A stretch of 64,000 bases of DNA from Minisyncoccota bacterium (GTDB lineage Bacteria > Patescibacteriota > Minisyncoccia > Phycocordibacterales > SBAW01). Shown piece after piece: positions 1-9,000 of this stretch; the stretch's first letter is position 1; every line of letters begins with the position of its first letter. A program made the translations under genes and the position numbers. The stretch is taken from contig DASZWN010000001.1 in NCBI GenBank assembly GCA_035546575.1, forward strand, positions 49,082 to 113,081, read 5' to 3'. The notes under the pieces are model-generated. The model was not told where the DNA came from. It worked only from the letters and a program-made list of their open reading frames with translations, and made no database searches.

Positions 1-337
1 TGGCAGCCCGTACCTCAGGAGACAAGCGGTCGCGCTGGCCAATAAAACGTACGCGCACTTTCTCTTCTATGAGGCGATGCATTTGTTCTTTTGCGGCTTG
101 GAGTATCAAACCCATGAGATGTGAGACTTCCTCCTGAGAACGGCTCCAGTTTTCTGTTGAAAATGCATACACCACTAGGTGTTGTACGCCAGCCTCTCGC
201 ACCCACCTGACTGTGCGCTCAAGGTTATTAAGCCCCTCGGTATGACCCTGGAGCGCCGGAACATTGTGCGCCGAAGCCCAGCGGCGGTTGCCGTCTAAGA
301 TAATACCGATGCATGTCGGGCTTTTTTGTTCTTGCAT
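1..337 (-). CDS. uppS: Undecaprenyl-diphosphate synthase (isoprenyl transferase), N-terminal part; gene runs off the window start
   Basis: Minus-strand ATG at 337..335. My translation reads MQEQKSPTCIGIILDGNRRWASAHNVPALQGHTEGLNNLERTVRWVREAGVQHLVVYAFSTENWSRSQEEVSHLMGLILQAAKEQM..., with the UppS hallmarks DGNRRWA and YAFSTENW. It is absent from the ORF table because no stop codon falls in the window. Confidence 0.7.
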   Translation of the reverse strand, partial: MQEQKSPTCIGIILDGNRRWASAHNVPALQGHTEGLNNLERTVRWVREAGVQHLVVYAFSTENWSRSQEEVSHLMGLILQAAKEQMHRLIEEKVRVRFIGQRDRLSPEVRAA

Positions 338-348
338 AGTATGTAGAA

Positions 349-1098
349 CTACTTCTCGTGTTTGTTAGTCTCACGCGAGACTGCCGTCCGAGTAAATTGA
401 ATCCTGTGGATAAATTTATGGAGTATTCCGATTGCGGCTCCCGCAGAGAATCCCCATACGAGTTCGGTGAGCGGTATCCCTACGAAACGGGCCCCAAACG
501 GCGTGCCATACAGGAGCCAGATGCTGCGACACCACTCTTCGCTGTTGGCGACTCCATGAACAATAATGAAATAAAAACAAAACATAATGCACGCAGACAG
601 CGCGCCGCTCGCAAGCGCAGGCACGAGCAAGTCGCGCCGGACATATACGATCGTTGCCACCACAGTAAGCGCGCCGAGAGCCGTGGCATAAATAGAGTTA
701 AGACCCGCCGATAGGAGGAGTATGGTAACGGCAATAAAGACGCCTAGTACAATTGCGCGTCGTTGCCACACTCTTTCTATATGTGCAGGTGTAGAGCTCT
801 GTTTTGAGACAACCTGGTATATCACGGCAGCTATGCCTGCAAACGCACCGCCAAAGAGCATCGACTCCGGATATATGGAAAAGACGCCGATGTGAAGAGG
901 CGCAATGCTTTGGGGCCTCCAGTAGTCGTTAAAGTACAAGAAGCTGTCGGCAATAACGCCAACCGCGACAAATATGGCGCTTAGGCGAAGCTGCTCTTTG
1001 CGCGTGTGTGGAGACCAGAGATACAGTGCTGCCCAAAGAAGCGCGAACGGTATCGCAATCGCTATATAGGCAAACCGTGGATCAATGGGGCCTATCAT
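349..1098 (-). CDS. Polytopic integral membrane protein of unknown function
   Basis: 249-aa ORF with at least 6 hydrophobic helices, co-directional with and immediately upstream of uppS. I see no recognisable catalytic motif. Confidence 0.45.
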   Translation of the reverse strand: MIGPIDPRFAYIAIAIPFALLWAALYLWSPHTRKEQLRLSAIFVAVGVIADSFLYFNDYWRPQSIAPLHIGVFSIYPESMLFGGAFAGIAAVIYQVVSKQSSTPAHIERVWQRRAIVLGVFIAVTILLLSAGLNSIYATALGALTVVATIVYVRRDLLVPALASGALSACIMFCFYFIIVHGVANSEEWCRSIWLLYGTPFGARFVGIPLTELVWGFSAGAAIGILHKFIHRIQFTRTAVSRETNKHEK

Positions 1099-1102
1099 TG
1101 TG

Positions 1103-1175
1103 TGGGCGATACAGGACTCGAACCTGTGACCTTCTCTGTGTAAAAGAGTTGCTCTACCAACTGAGCTAATCGCCC
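1103..1175 (-). tRNA. tRNA-Val (anticodon TAC)
   Basis: The reverse complement GGGCGATTAGCTCAGTTGGTAGAGCAACTCTTTTACACAGAGAAGGTCACAGGTTCGAGTCCTGTATCGCCCA folds as a cloverleaf. It has a GTTCGAGTC T-loop, anticodon loop TTTACAC with U33 and A37, and no encoded CCA. Confidence 0.8.
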
Positions 1176-1213
1176 GTGCCTTCTATTTATACGCGTTTTT
1201 ATACAAAAGTCAC

Positions 1214-1288
1214 TGGTGCCCCCGCGAGGAATCGAACCTCGATAGCCGGCTTAGAAGTCCGGAGTTTTATCCATTAAACTACAGGGGC
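1214..1288 (-). tRNA. tRNA-Arg (anticodon TCT)
   Basis: The reverse complement GCCCCTGTAGTTTAATGGATAAAACTCCGGACTTCTAAGCCGGCTATCGAGGTTCGATTCCTCGCGGGGGCACCA has anticodon loop CTTCTAA, identical to the E. coli tRNA-Arg(UCU) loop. The D-loop AATGGATA carries A20 and CCA is encoded. One A31-G39 mismatch sits in the anticodon stem. Confidence 0.75.
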
Positions 1289-1887
1289 AATATACGGAAG
1301 TGCACAATAACATAATACGCTACCCCACACAGCAGCAGCACTGTTGCTACAAGAAAATATCTCTGTATGAGCAGGAGCACATTACCGCCAAAACGTTTTG
1401 TGAGATACCCGATGATCGCAAGACGTATCGCACGTCCGACAAAAAACCCGCCGAGACATGGCAGAAACGGCGCACCGAGGAAGCCGGCTGCAAGTACAAA
1501 TACCTTCTCCGGAATAAGCTGGAACGCAACGAGTATCATCCCAAGAAACACGCCGCCCTGGATAAGGTCCTGCGCCTGCACGAATGCATGTTCCAGATGA
1601 TAGAACTGCAGCAGCGGCATTCCAAACTGATGGAACAAAACGGCCCCAACAGCATAGCCAAGCGCCGCACCCACAACCGAGCACACGATACTAATTGCAA
1701 GATAAGTTTTAAATCGCGCCGGATGCGCCAAGATAAGCGCAGCCAAATACGCCTCGGGCGGGATAGGAAAAAAGATTGGGTCTGTTATAGCACAGACTCC
1801 CAGCCAAAACAGTGCGTGCGGGCCTTGAGCAAGCACGATAAACTTCTGCCACACCTCGTCTTTCCATACATGGAATTTCTCCAGCAT
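1279..1887 (-). CDS. DedA/SNARE-associated family membrane protein
   Basis: 202-aa polytopic ORF with a DPIFFPIPPEA-type motif typical of the DedA/YqaA family. Its 3' end overlaps the tRNA-Arg by about 10 nt. Confidence 0.55.
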   Translation of the reverse strand: MLEKFHVWKDEVWQKFIVLAQGPHALFWLGVCAITDPIFFPIPPEAYLAALILAHPARFKTYLAISIVCSVVGAALGYAVGAVLFHQFGMPLLQFYHLEHAFVQAQDLIQGGVFLGMILVAFQLIPEKVFVLAAGFLGAPFLPCLGGFFVGRAIRLAIIGYLTKRFGGNVLLLIQRYFLVATVLLLCGVAYYVIVHFRILPL

Positions 1888-1892
1888 GAAAG

Positions 1893-2225
1893 TTAGCGCA
1901 CAAGCGCGCCTGGGGCGCCCGCTGTTTCAAACAAAGCAAACGGGGTCTCGCCATCTCCGCCGGTTGCAAGAATCATTGCCTGGCTCTCGAGCCCCATCAT
2001 CATACGGGGTGCCAGGTTAGTCACAAACGGGCACTTCTTCCCCACCAAGTCCTGCGGGTTTGGAAAATACGCCGAGATCCCAGAGAGTACTTGGCGCTCC
2101 TCTATGCCAAAATTTACTTTCAGCTTCAAGAGCTTGTCACTGCCCTCGATCTTTTCAGCGCTTACAATCTCGCCAATGCGGATCTCTACCTTTTTGAAGT
2201 CGTCTATTGCTATAGGTTCAGACAT
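1893..2225 (-). CDS. tRNA-binding domain protein (CsaA/EMAP-like, Trbp111 fold)
   Basis: 110 aa reading ...IDDFKKVEIRIGEIVSAEKIEGSDKLLKLKVNFG...MILATGGDG..., the OB-fold tRNA-binding domain found at MetRS C-termini and in CsaA. Confidence 0.7.
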   Translation of the reverse strand: MSEPIAIDDFKKVEIRIGEIVSAEKIEGSDKLLKLKVNFGIEERQVLSGISAYFPNPQDLVGKKCPFVTNLAPRMMMGLESQAMILATGGDGETPFALFETAGAPGALVR

Positions 2226-2234
2226 AAAAAAATC

Positions 2235-2672
2235 TTAGCTTGTTTTGCGGTTGCGGTCGAGATAGCCCTGCAAAATGAGGGCCGCTGCCGAGGCGTCCAG
2301 CTTTGCCTGCGAGGGGGCCTCTTTGCGCGAGCCCTGCCTACCGGCAGGCAGGCGTCCGGGCGTAAATTGGCGTGCCGCCTGCGTACTGGTCATAAACTCA
2401 CGCTCATATTCAACCGGCAGACCGGTTAATTCCGCAATATCATTTTTAAACTGCTCGATATCTTCCATCACCGGGTTTGGCTCGTTTTGGAAGTTGCGCG
2501 ACTCACCTATCACAATTGTTTCCACATTATTTTCTTTTATAAGCGCAATCGTGGCATCTAATGCTCCCCTGTCGCTGGCGATTGTAGTCAGCGGAAAGGC
2601 GACCGAGCCAGTATCATCCGATACTGCCACTCCGATGCGTTTGGTGCCGTAATCAATACCGAGACATTTCAC
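2235..2672 (-). CDS. ruvX: Holliday-junction resolvase-like RNase YqgF/RuvX
   Basis: The C-terminal 146 aa of the 297-aa table ORF read VKCLGIDYGTKRIGVAVSDDTGSVAFPLTTI...ETIVIGESRNFQNEPNPVMEDIEQFKNDI...LDASAAALILQGYLDR, which is the YqgF fold. The longer ORF would overlap tRNA-Ser on the other strand, so I place the start at a GTG (2672..2670). The gene contains an in-frame copy of the palindromic repeat (LPAGRQG). Confidence 0.7.
   Translation of the reverse strand: MKCLGIDYGTKRIGVAVSDDTGSVAFPLTTIASDRGALDATIALIKENNVETIVIGESRNFQNEPNPVMEDIEQFKNDIAELTGLPVEYEREFMTSTQAARQFTPGRLPAGRQGSRKEAPSQAKLDASAAALILQGYLDRNRKTS
2333..2352. repeat. GC-rich palindromic repeat copy (CCTGCCTACCGGCAGGCAGG) inside ruvX
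   Basis: 20-bp near-perfect palindrome matching the family seen at 5967, 20016, 45131, 45992, 55326 and 60599. It reads in frame as LPAGRQ. Confidence 0.8.
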
Positions 2673-2714
2673 CCTTTGAGCATAACGGATAAACAGTGTA
2701 TTGTCTTCTATATT

Positions 2715-2799
2715 GGAGAGGTGGCAGAGTGGTCTATCGCACCTGTCTTGAAAACAGGAGTACCGCAAGGTACCGTGAGTTCGAATCTCACCCTCTCCG
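2715..2799 (+). tRNA. tRNA-Ser (anticodon TGA)
   Basis: 85-nt class II tRNA GGAGAGGTGGCAGAGTGGTCTATCGCACCTGTCTTGAAAACAGG...GTGAGTTCGAATCTCACCCTCTCCG. It has a long variable arm and anticodon loop CTTGAAA. Confidence 0.85.
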
Positions 2800-2858
2800 C
2801 ATTGATTAATAGCGAATAGTTTGTATAGTATCCTCGCATCTAACACGGAGGTATTTCG

Positions 2859-3167
2859 ATGCGCACAAGTTTGATCGCCCTTTCCTTGCTTGCGGCTAGC
2901 ACCCTTACCGCACACGCCGACGATGGCAAGCTGCTCTGGAAGAGCACTGAGCCGACCGGTTACGTGACCAACGGCGAGCGTTGCTACGCTACCTTGACCA
3001 AGCTCGGGAAGCACACGTTCTACAACCCGATGGACTGCAAGACGCCGCACATTCGCAACTACTTCAGCATGAGCTGGACTGTCGACGAGCCGCCGATCAA
3101 CATGAAGGGCGTTGCTGAGGCTCACCACGTCAAGGTCTTGCCGAACGGCAACATCAGCCTCTACTGA
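2859..3167 (+). CDS. Small secreted cysteine-containing protein, unknown function
   Basis: 102 aa with a signal peptide MRTSLIALSLLAASTLTAHA. A GGAGG ribosome-binding site sits 7 nt upstream. Codon usage is almost exclusively C-ending. Confidence 0.5.
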   Translation: MRTSLIALSLLAASTLTAHADDGKLLWKSTEPTGYVTNGERCYATLTKLGKHTFYNPMDCKTPHIRNYFSMSWTVDEPPINMKGVAEAHHVKVLPNGNISLY

Positions 3168-3234
3168 AGATCAACCGAGCGTCGGGATACTCCCGGCGCT
3201 TCTTTTTTTGTTCAACTTTCTATATGCTGGGCCG

Positions 3235-3894
3235 ATGGCAACGCTACGCAAACAGCCGGATTTTTCCGAATCTTACAAGGCGCTCAGGCGCGACAAAAAG
3301 CTCGCTGCGGTTATGCGTATGCATGGGCCCATGGACCTTACCCGATATCATTCAGACTCTCCCGGGATATTTGCTGCACTCCTGCGATCTGTCGTATCGC
3401 AACAGATCTCCGGAAAAGCTGCGGCCTCGATACTTGCTCGCGTACAGGCTCTCTACCCAAAAAACAAACCGACACCTGAGTTGGTGGCAAAAACACCCGC
3501 ACCAAAACTGCGCAAAGCAGGGCTTTCTGCCGCAAAAGTTTTGTACGTAAAAGATCTCGCCAAAAAATATCTTGACGGCACGATACGCGAAAAGAATTTT
3601 CCGAAAATGAGTTCGCAAGAAATTATCGACCACTTGGTGCAAGTAAAAGGCATCGGCGAGTGGACCGCGCATATGGTACTGATATTTACGCTCTACCGCT
3701 CGGACATTCTGCCCGTTGGCGACCTCGCTATTCGTAAGGGATTTCAGGCGGTGTACGGACTGCGCGAGCTCCCAACCAAAAAACAGATGGAGGTACTTGC
3801 AAAGCCTTGGCGGGCGCATGCCACCGCCGCCTCGTGGTACCTGTGGCGTGTAGCCGACCAGGCAAAACCCCAGCCCCGCAAGAGAAAAGTTTGA
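3235..3894 (+). CDS. DNA-3-methyladenine glycosylase II-like HhH-GPD base-excision repair protein
   Basis: The HhH-GPD motif reads QVKGIGEWTAHMVLIFTLYRSDILPVGDLAIRKG. I take the internal Met (MATLRKQ...) as the likely start, inside the 3112..3894 table ORF. Confidence 0.7.
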   Translation: MATLRKQPDFSESYKALRRDKKLAAVMRMHGPMDLTRYHSDSPGIFAALLRSVVSQQISGKAAASILARVQALYPKNKPTPELVAKTPAPKLRKAGLSAAKVLYVKDLAKKYLDGTIREKNFPKMSSQEIIDHLVQVKGIGEWTAHMVLIFTLYRSDILPVGDLAIRKGFQAVYGLRELPTKKQMEVLAKPWRAHATAASWYLWRVADQAKPQPRKRKV

Positions 3895-3913
3895 TTTTGT
3901 ATACTAGCCATCT

Positions 3914-4597
3914 ATGGCTAGGGATACATTTGCTAAGTGGAATGGCACCGCGGCCTCCGCAATTGCCATACAAAAACAGCTACGCTCAGAAATAAAACTC
4001 ATTCCTCTCACTAAAATACCGAAACTTATCGGGGGCTGCGACGTGAGCATGAACATGTTCGCAAAAGACGGCTTTGCAGGATTTGTCGTACTCTCCTACC
4101 CCGAGCTGCACATGGTTGATCATGCGGTTGTTAAAGACACGATCGGCTTCCCCTATATTCCAGGACTGCTTTCATTCCGCGAAATACCTATGCTTATGAA
4201 AGCGTGGAAGAACCTGAAGCAGAAACCCGATGTAATTGTGGTAGACGGCGTTGGCATCGCGCATCCGCGGCGCATGGGTATCGCGACGCACTTAGGATTA
4301 GCACTCAATGTGCCAACAATCGGCTGCGCCAAGAGCGTGCTCACGGGAGTATATAAGGAACCGGAAAATAAAGTTGGCGCAGTCTCTTATATGTACGACC
4401 GCTACAATAAAACAGAAGTTATCGGCGCCGCACTGCGCACTAAGGTTGGCGTAAAGCCTGTCTATGTTTCTCCAGGTCACTTGATTACACTTCAAGAGTC
4501 GATAGAACTCGTTAAAAATTGCGTTATTGCGCATCGCCTCCCCGAGCCAACGCGCTTCGCACACAATACGGTTAATGAGTATCGGGTATGCGGCTAG
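3914..4597 (+). CDS. nfi: Endonuclease V
   Basis: 227 aa with the Endonuclease V signature GGCDVS...VVDGVGIAHPRRMGIATHLG. Confidence 0.85.
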   Translation: MARDTFAKWNGTAASAIAIQKQLRSEIKLIPLTKIPKLIGGCDVSMNMFAKDGFAGFVVLSYPELHMVDHAVVKDTIGFPYIPGLLSFREIPMLMKAWKNLKQKPDVIVVDGVGIAHPRRMGIATHLGLALNVPTIGCAKSVLTGVYKEPENKVGAVSYMYDRYNKTEVIGAALRTKVGVKPVYVSPGHLITLQESIELVKNCVIAHRLPEPTRFAHNTVNEYRVCG

Positions 4598-5409
4598 TAA
4601 TCGAAGTCGCCGAATGATGGGTTATTAACCCGATTACCTTGCGGCAGCGAATCGATGCGCGCCAAATCTGCCTCCTCGATAGTAAAGCCGAGCGACTCTA
4701 GATTTTCTGTAATGCGTTCTGGCTTAGTGCTCTTGGGGATCGCTATCATGCCGCGCGCAACAATCCAGTTAAGCACCACTTGGGCTGGGGACATGCCGTA
4801 TTTGTTTGCAAGCTCAATAATAAGGGGTAGTTCTGTCTCGCCTCCCTTGAGGCTCGAGTATGCGGTAATCGAAATATTTTTTGAGGCGCAGTAATCGCGA
4901 AGCGCTTTTTGATTGAACGAGGGGCGCACCTCTACCTGATTGTTGGTGATCTCAACCCCCGCTTTGAGTGCATCCTCGAGATGATGCGGCGTAAAGTTGG
5001 AGACGCCGATAGCTTTAATCGTACCTTCGCTCTTGAGTTCGCTCATTGCTTTGAGCGTTTCTGCAAACGGCACTTCCCTATTGGGCCAATGGATAAGGAG
5101 CAGGTCGATGTAGGGAGTGTCGAGCTCTTTCAAAAAGCGCTCTCCGTCGGCACGCACTGCCGCAGCAGTGTAGCCATTCGGATATGCAAGTTTAGTGGTA
5201 ATAAAAAAATTCTCGCGCGATATACCCGAGTCCTTGATGCCTTGCGCCACTTGTCTGTGGTTGCCGTACCCGTCAGCTGTGTCTATGTGGGTATAACCGT
5301 TCTTGAGCGCATACTCCACGCCTCGCACACAGTCATCGCCTGTTAGTTGCCACGTACCGAGCCCAAGCACGGGTATACGCGCCTGCGCGTTTAATGCTAT
5401 TGATTTCAT
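4594..5409 (-). CDS. Aldo/keto reductase family oxidoreductase
   Basis: The AKR N-terminal signature reads IPVLGLGTWQL...GYTHIDTADGYGNH. The start is placed at MKSIALN. Confidence 0.85.
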   Translation of the reverse strand: MKSIALNAQARIPVLGLGTWQLTGDDCVRGVEYALKNGYTHIDTADGYGNHRQVAQGIKDSGISRENFFITTKLAYPNGYTAAAVRADGERFLKELDTPYIDLLLIHWPNREVPFAETLKAMSELKSEGTIKAIGVSNFTPHHLEDALKAGVEITNNQVEVRPSFNQKALRDYCASKNISITAYSSLKGGETELPLIIELANKYGMSPAQVVLNWIVARGMIAIPKSTKPERITENLESLGFTIEEADLARIDSLPQGNRVNNPSFGDFDY

Positions 5410-5453
5410 ATACAAAGAGTATATCAACAGCATGGTGGTATACTGAAATAACT

Positions 5454-5924
5454 ATGCCTGGGGATACGCATGACATGTCCTGGAGCGTTACGACGCACGA
5501 GCATCGCGAACGCTCAACAGATTGGTATTGGACGCTGGGTGTTGTGGCGCTTGCAGGAGTTGGTGCCTCGATATTCTTCGGTAACTTTTTGTTTGCGGTG
5601 ATTATCGCGCTTGGCGCATTCTCAATCGGGTTCTTAGCCGTGCGTGGTCCCCGCGAGCACTTGGTACGGATCGACGACCGCGGCATCTCCATCGACGGCA
5701 CGCGCTACCCTTTTTCTGCAGTGCACTCGTACTGGGTCGAGCATGATGTTGAGGACCCGAGACTCTTTATGACGATGCGTGGCATACTTTCTCCGCACTT
5801 CTCACTGGTGCTTGATAATCAGGCGCAGGGCGACCTTGTACGCGATCATTTAAAGCAGCATGTAAACGAAGAGGAGCAGGGTCCGCACGCAGGCGAACAT
5901 TTGGCGCAGATCTTCGGCCTCTAG
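5454..5924 (+). CDS. Hypothetical membrane protein
   Basis: The ORF has two central hydrophobic helices. The start is uncertain: the table ORF begins at 5394 and overlaps the aldo/keto reductase start on the opposite strand. Confidence 0.35.
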   Translation: MPGDTHDMSWSVTTHEHRERSTDWYWTLGVVALAGVGASIFFGNFLFAVIIALGAFSIGFLAVRGPREHLVRIDDRGISIDGTRYPFSAVHSYWVEHDVEDPRLFMTMRGILSPHFSLVLDNQAQGDLVRDHLKQHVNEEEQGPHAGEHLAQIFGL

Positions 5925-5966
5925 AAAAAAACATCGTTTGGTTGTAAGCTCAAAGGGTTTGAAGCG

Positions 5967-5986
5967 CCTGCCTGTCGGCAGACAGG
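5967..5986. repeat. Palindromic repeat copy (CCTGCCTGTCGGCAGACAGG) abutting the tRNA-Arg 5' end
   Basis: A member of the GC-rich palindrome family. It overlaps the first nucleotide of tRNA-Arg(GCG). Confidence 0.75.
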
Positions 5987-6057
5987 CTCTCGTCGTTCAA
6001 TGGATAGGACGGCAGCTTGCGGAGCTGCTGATGTAGGTTCGATTCCTACCGAGAGCA
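5986..6057 (+). tRNA. tRNA-Arg (anticodon GCG)
   Basis: GCTCTCGTCGTTCAATGGATAGGACGGCAGCTTGCGGAGCTGCTGATGTAGGTTCGATTCCTACCGAGAGCA has a perfect acceptor stem, T-arm and D-arm. The anticodon stem is GCAGC/GCTGC with loop TTGCGGA, giving anticodon GCG and G37. The D-arm is identical to that of tRNA-Arg(CCG), including the Arg identity base A20. Confidence 0.7.
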
Positions 6058-6064
6058 CCCGTTT

Positions 6065-9000
6065 TTATATCTCCTGATAATTCGGTATAAGTTGCACGGT
6101 TATGCTTCTGGTGCTGGGCGGATCCTGGTTATTAGTACACGTCAGCGTGTATTTGGTCGGCTGCGTGATAGGCTGCGTCGTGGCTGTGCCGGTAAATGGA
6201 TTGCTGGAGCCGTTCCATAAGCTTGTAATATCGCCGCCTGCAGTTCCGCTTGCGGGAGTCGGCGAAATACTACAGCTTATGCCGTTTGCCATGCCCGGTA
6301 TGTTCCAAGACAGCGTCGATGAGCCACCCAGGCGCACGCGGGTCGCGGTGAAGGAGTTGGCGCTGAGCGTCGGTACCGATGGAGTTGACGGGACGCATGC
6401 GGAGCCATTGAACGCGTAGCCGCTCGGGACGCTGCAGGTATTGTCCGGATTGCCTGTGCATCCCGAAGGTACCGTGGTCTGAAAGCCTGGAAGATTGGTG
6501 CACATATCCGGAACACATCCGCCGTTGCCATCGGACGCCTGGCCAACTGCACACACCTTCACTTGCACGGTAGCGTAGCCGTTATAGTTGATGTAGTTAA
6601 AAGTTTTTGCCTGTGCGGAAAATACAAACGCCTTTCCCGCGTCTGCTGATGCCGGCGTAAAAGTATACGTTTTTGTCGCATCGGGTTTCTGCCAACAATT
6701 TGGATCAGAAGCCGCTGGCGGATTCGGAGGAGCAACAAGATTACAGTTAACAGTATTACCGTCCTGTGAATCGCATCCCGAGTCGCAATTGATAGCGGTA
6801 GCCTCAAGAGGGTCGCCGGTTGAGGTATATTTGATTACGATAATGCCCTGGGCCCCGACTCCTTCATTGCTCTGGCTGCCTCCGCCGGAGCCGCCACCGC
6901 CGCCATACAAACCACCGTTACCGCCCGGAGCGGCAATCGAGGAACGACACCCGCCGCCTCCGCCGGAGCCGGCCGTCGGCGTCGCGCCCGTGTATGCAGA
7001 ACCGTTCCACACGTTGGTAGCAATCCACTCGGCACCATTACCACCAGCCGCAGGCGGGTTGCCGCAACCGCTGCCCGCGCCGCCAAGCCCCGCATCCCCT
7101 GCGCCGCCGCTGTCTCCCGCTTGACCATTCCCGTTGGGACCTCCTGCGCCGCCGCCGTTGCCGGAATTGTTATTATCGCCGTAAGCGCCGGCGCCGCCCG
7201 CATACTTAACAGTGCCGACGCCGCCGCTGACAGCGCCTCCAGCTCCACCATTGTTGCCATTGCCGCTGTTGCCGCCCTTAGCACATACCGAAACCGTATC
7301 GACGCAGGTATTTGAGGAACCGGCAGTCCTATTAAAGAAAGTGTCGCCGCCCGGACTGGCCGGATTCCCTTGAGCCGCGCCTTGTCCTACCCTGTACGCC
7401 ACGGATGCGCCGTGGGTGAGAGAAACATTAGTCTTTTTTGAATATGCGCCGCCTCCGCCTCCGCCGCCCCGACCTCCTGTAAAAGCCGAGGTGCCGCCGC
7501 CGCCTATAACTTCGATGCTGTTATTGGCGCTGTTCCAATCGCTTGGCACGGTCCATACGCCAGAACCTGCGGCAGTAATAAAGACGGTTTTTTGAGTTTG
7601 ATTGGTACTGCCAGCATATGTGGCGGCTACAGTTACTTGCTGTCCCACCCCAACTGAAACTAATTTTCCGTTCTTGTTGCCGCTGCTGTCTGCCGCTTGA
7701 AAACCGGCGTTATTGGCTTGGATAGTAGCGGTCGGGGGCGGATACAAAACGCAGGTGTTACCCGAACGATAACTACCCGAAGTAACCGTGTTGCAGGGCA
7801 CACAAACCCCGCCCTGTACGATAGCGGTAGGATCCGAGCATGTCTGTACGTCAACTTGTATTTGCGGCTGTCGATAGGAAGGATTCTGCATACCGTATAT
7901 CGTGTAGCTGCCTCCAGTAGGAGCAGTGCCGGAGGATGCAGCTGGCGGAGAACCGCCGTTTGCGGGAATCCCTTCTTGAGGCTGATAGCCGCCGCATTGG
8001 AGCGTAACGCTCTGCGAATTGCTGAACGTCTGCGTAGAACTGTCGATAAGGTTCGCCGTTTCAGTGCCCTTGTACCACGCTCGATCCGCTGTCTGGACAT
8101 TGAGATCGCCATCGGTAACAAGCGTCCAGCTAAGACAGCTAATAATGTAAGCGCCTTGGCATGCGGCGCCAAACCAAACATAATTCTGGTTCGGCAAACA
8201 TTGATAAGAGAACTGGACCGGGGTGTATTTAGGGACCTTAAGCGTGGCGGCGGGCGTATTTTGTGTCGGCGCAGTAGCGTACGCCCAATGCGTTGTTGAA
8301 GTGTTACAAGGATTTGTTTTTTTGACATTCGTGAGATCGAGACCGACATTAACCGGAGCAATGCCTGCAGTCTGCGCTACTGCTTGCAGGACCGCAACAC
8401 GCGTACCCGCAACGGTAGTAGAAAAATTAGGACCCATGCATACGCCCTGCGCCGTGTCGCTCGGGAGCGATATGCCGGCCGTACCGCCATTAGTGCCGCA
8501 TAGTTGGGGCGAAGGGCTATTGGTGATCCAGGCATTAAGAATGCTTGTGGGAGTGGCAAATTGGTTTGTGTAGCCCCATCCGCCATCTTGGTGGTAAATA
8601 TAGCCATTATAGGGCAATGGGTAAGCAGCAAAAGGAGCGATCGCGTAGGGCGAGACTGTCTCAATCGCCGGAGTCCCGTTGTTAATGGTTATTGTGGCGC
8701 TCGCCGGCGTACCGACGGAATAGGCCGAGGATGCGGCTATAGTCGCCTTGAGCGTAGTGCTGCCGCCCGATGTTTTTTGAAGCGCAGTAATAGGAACCAC
8801 TACCGACATAGTGTTCGCCGGAATAGTAACCGTTGCGGGAGCGGCGGAGTAGTCTGTCCCCACCACCGCAGTACTCCCGCTTCCGCCGTATACAAGGTCC
8901 ACCGACACCGCAGGCCAGGTTGCTGGCCCGTTGCGGGTAACAGTAAATGCTCCCGGAGTACCGATGCAGGAATTACCGCTGTTGGTCGGCGCGGTGATGG

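Noticed and set aside
15-206. Table ORF 15..206 (-)
   Set aside because: It is in the wrong frame. The real gene here is the uppS N-terminal fragment in another frame (337..1).
2235-3128. Full 297-aa table ORF as the ruvX gene
   Set aside because: The upstream two-thirds overlaps tRNA-Ser on the other strand and has no RuvX similarity. I trimmed it to the YqgF domain with a GTG start at 2672.
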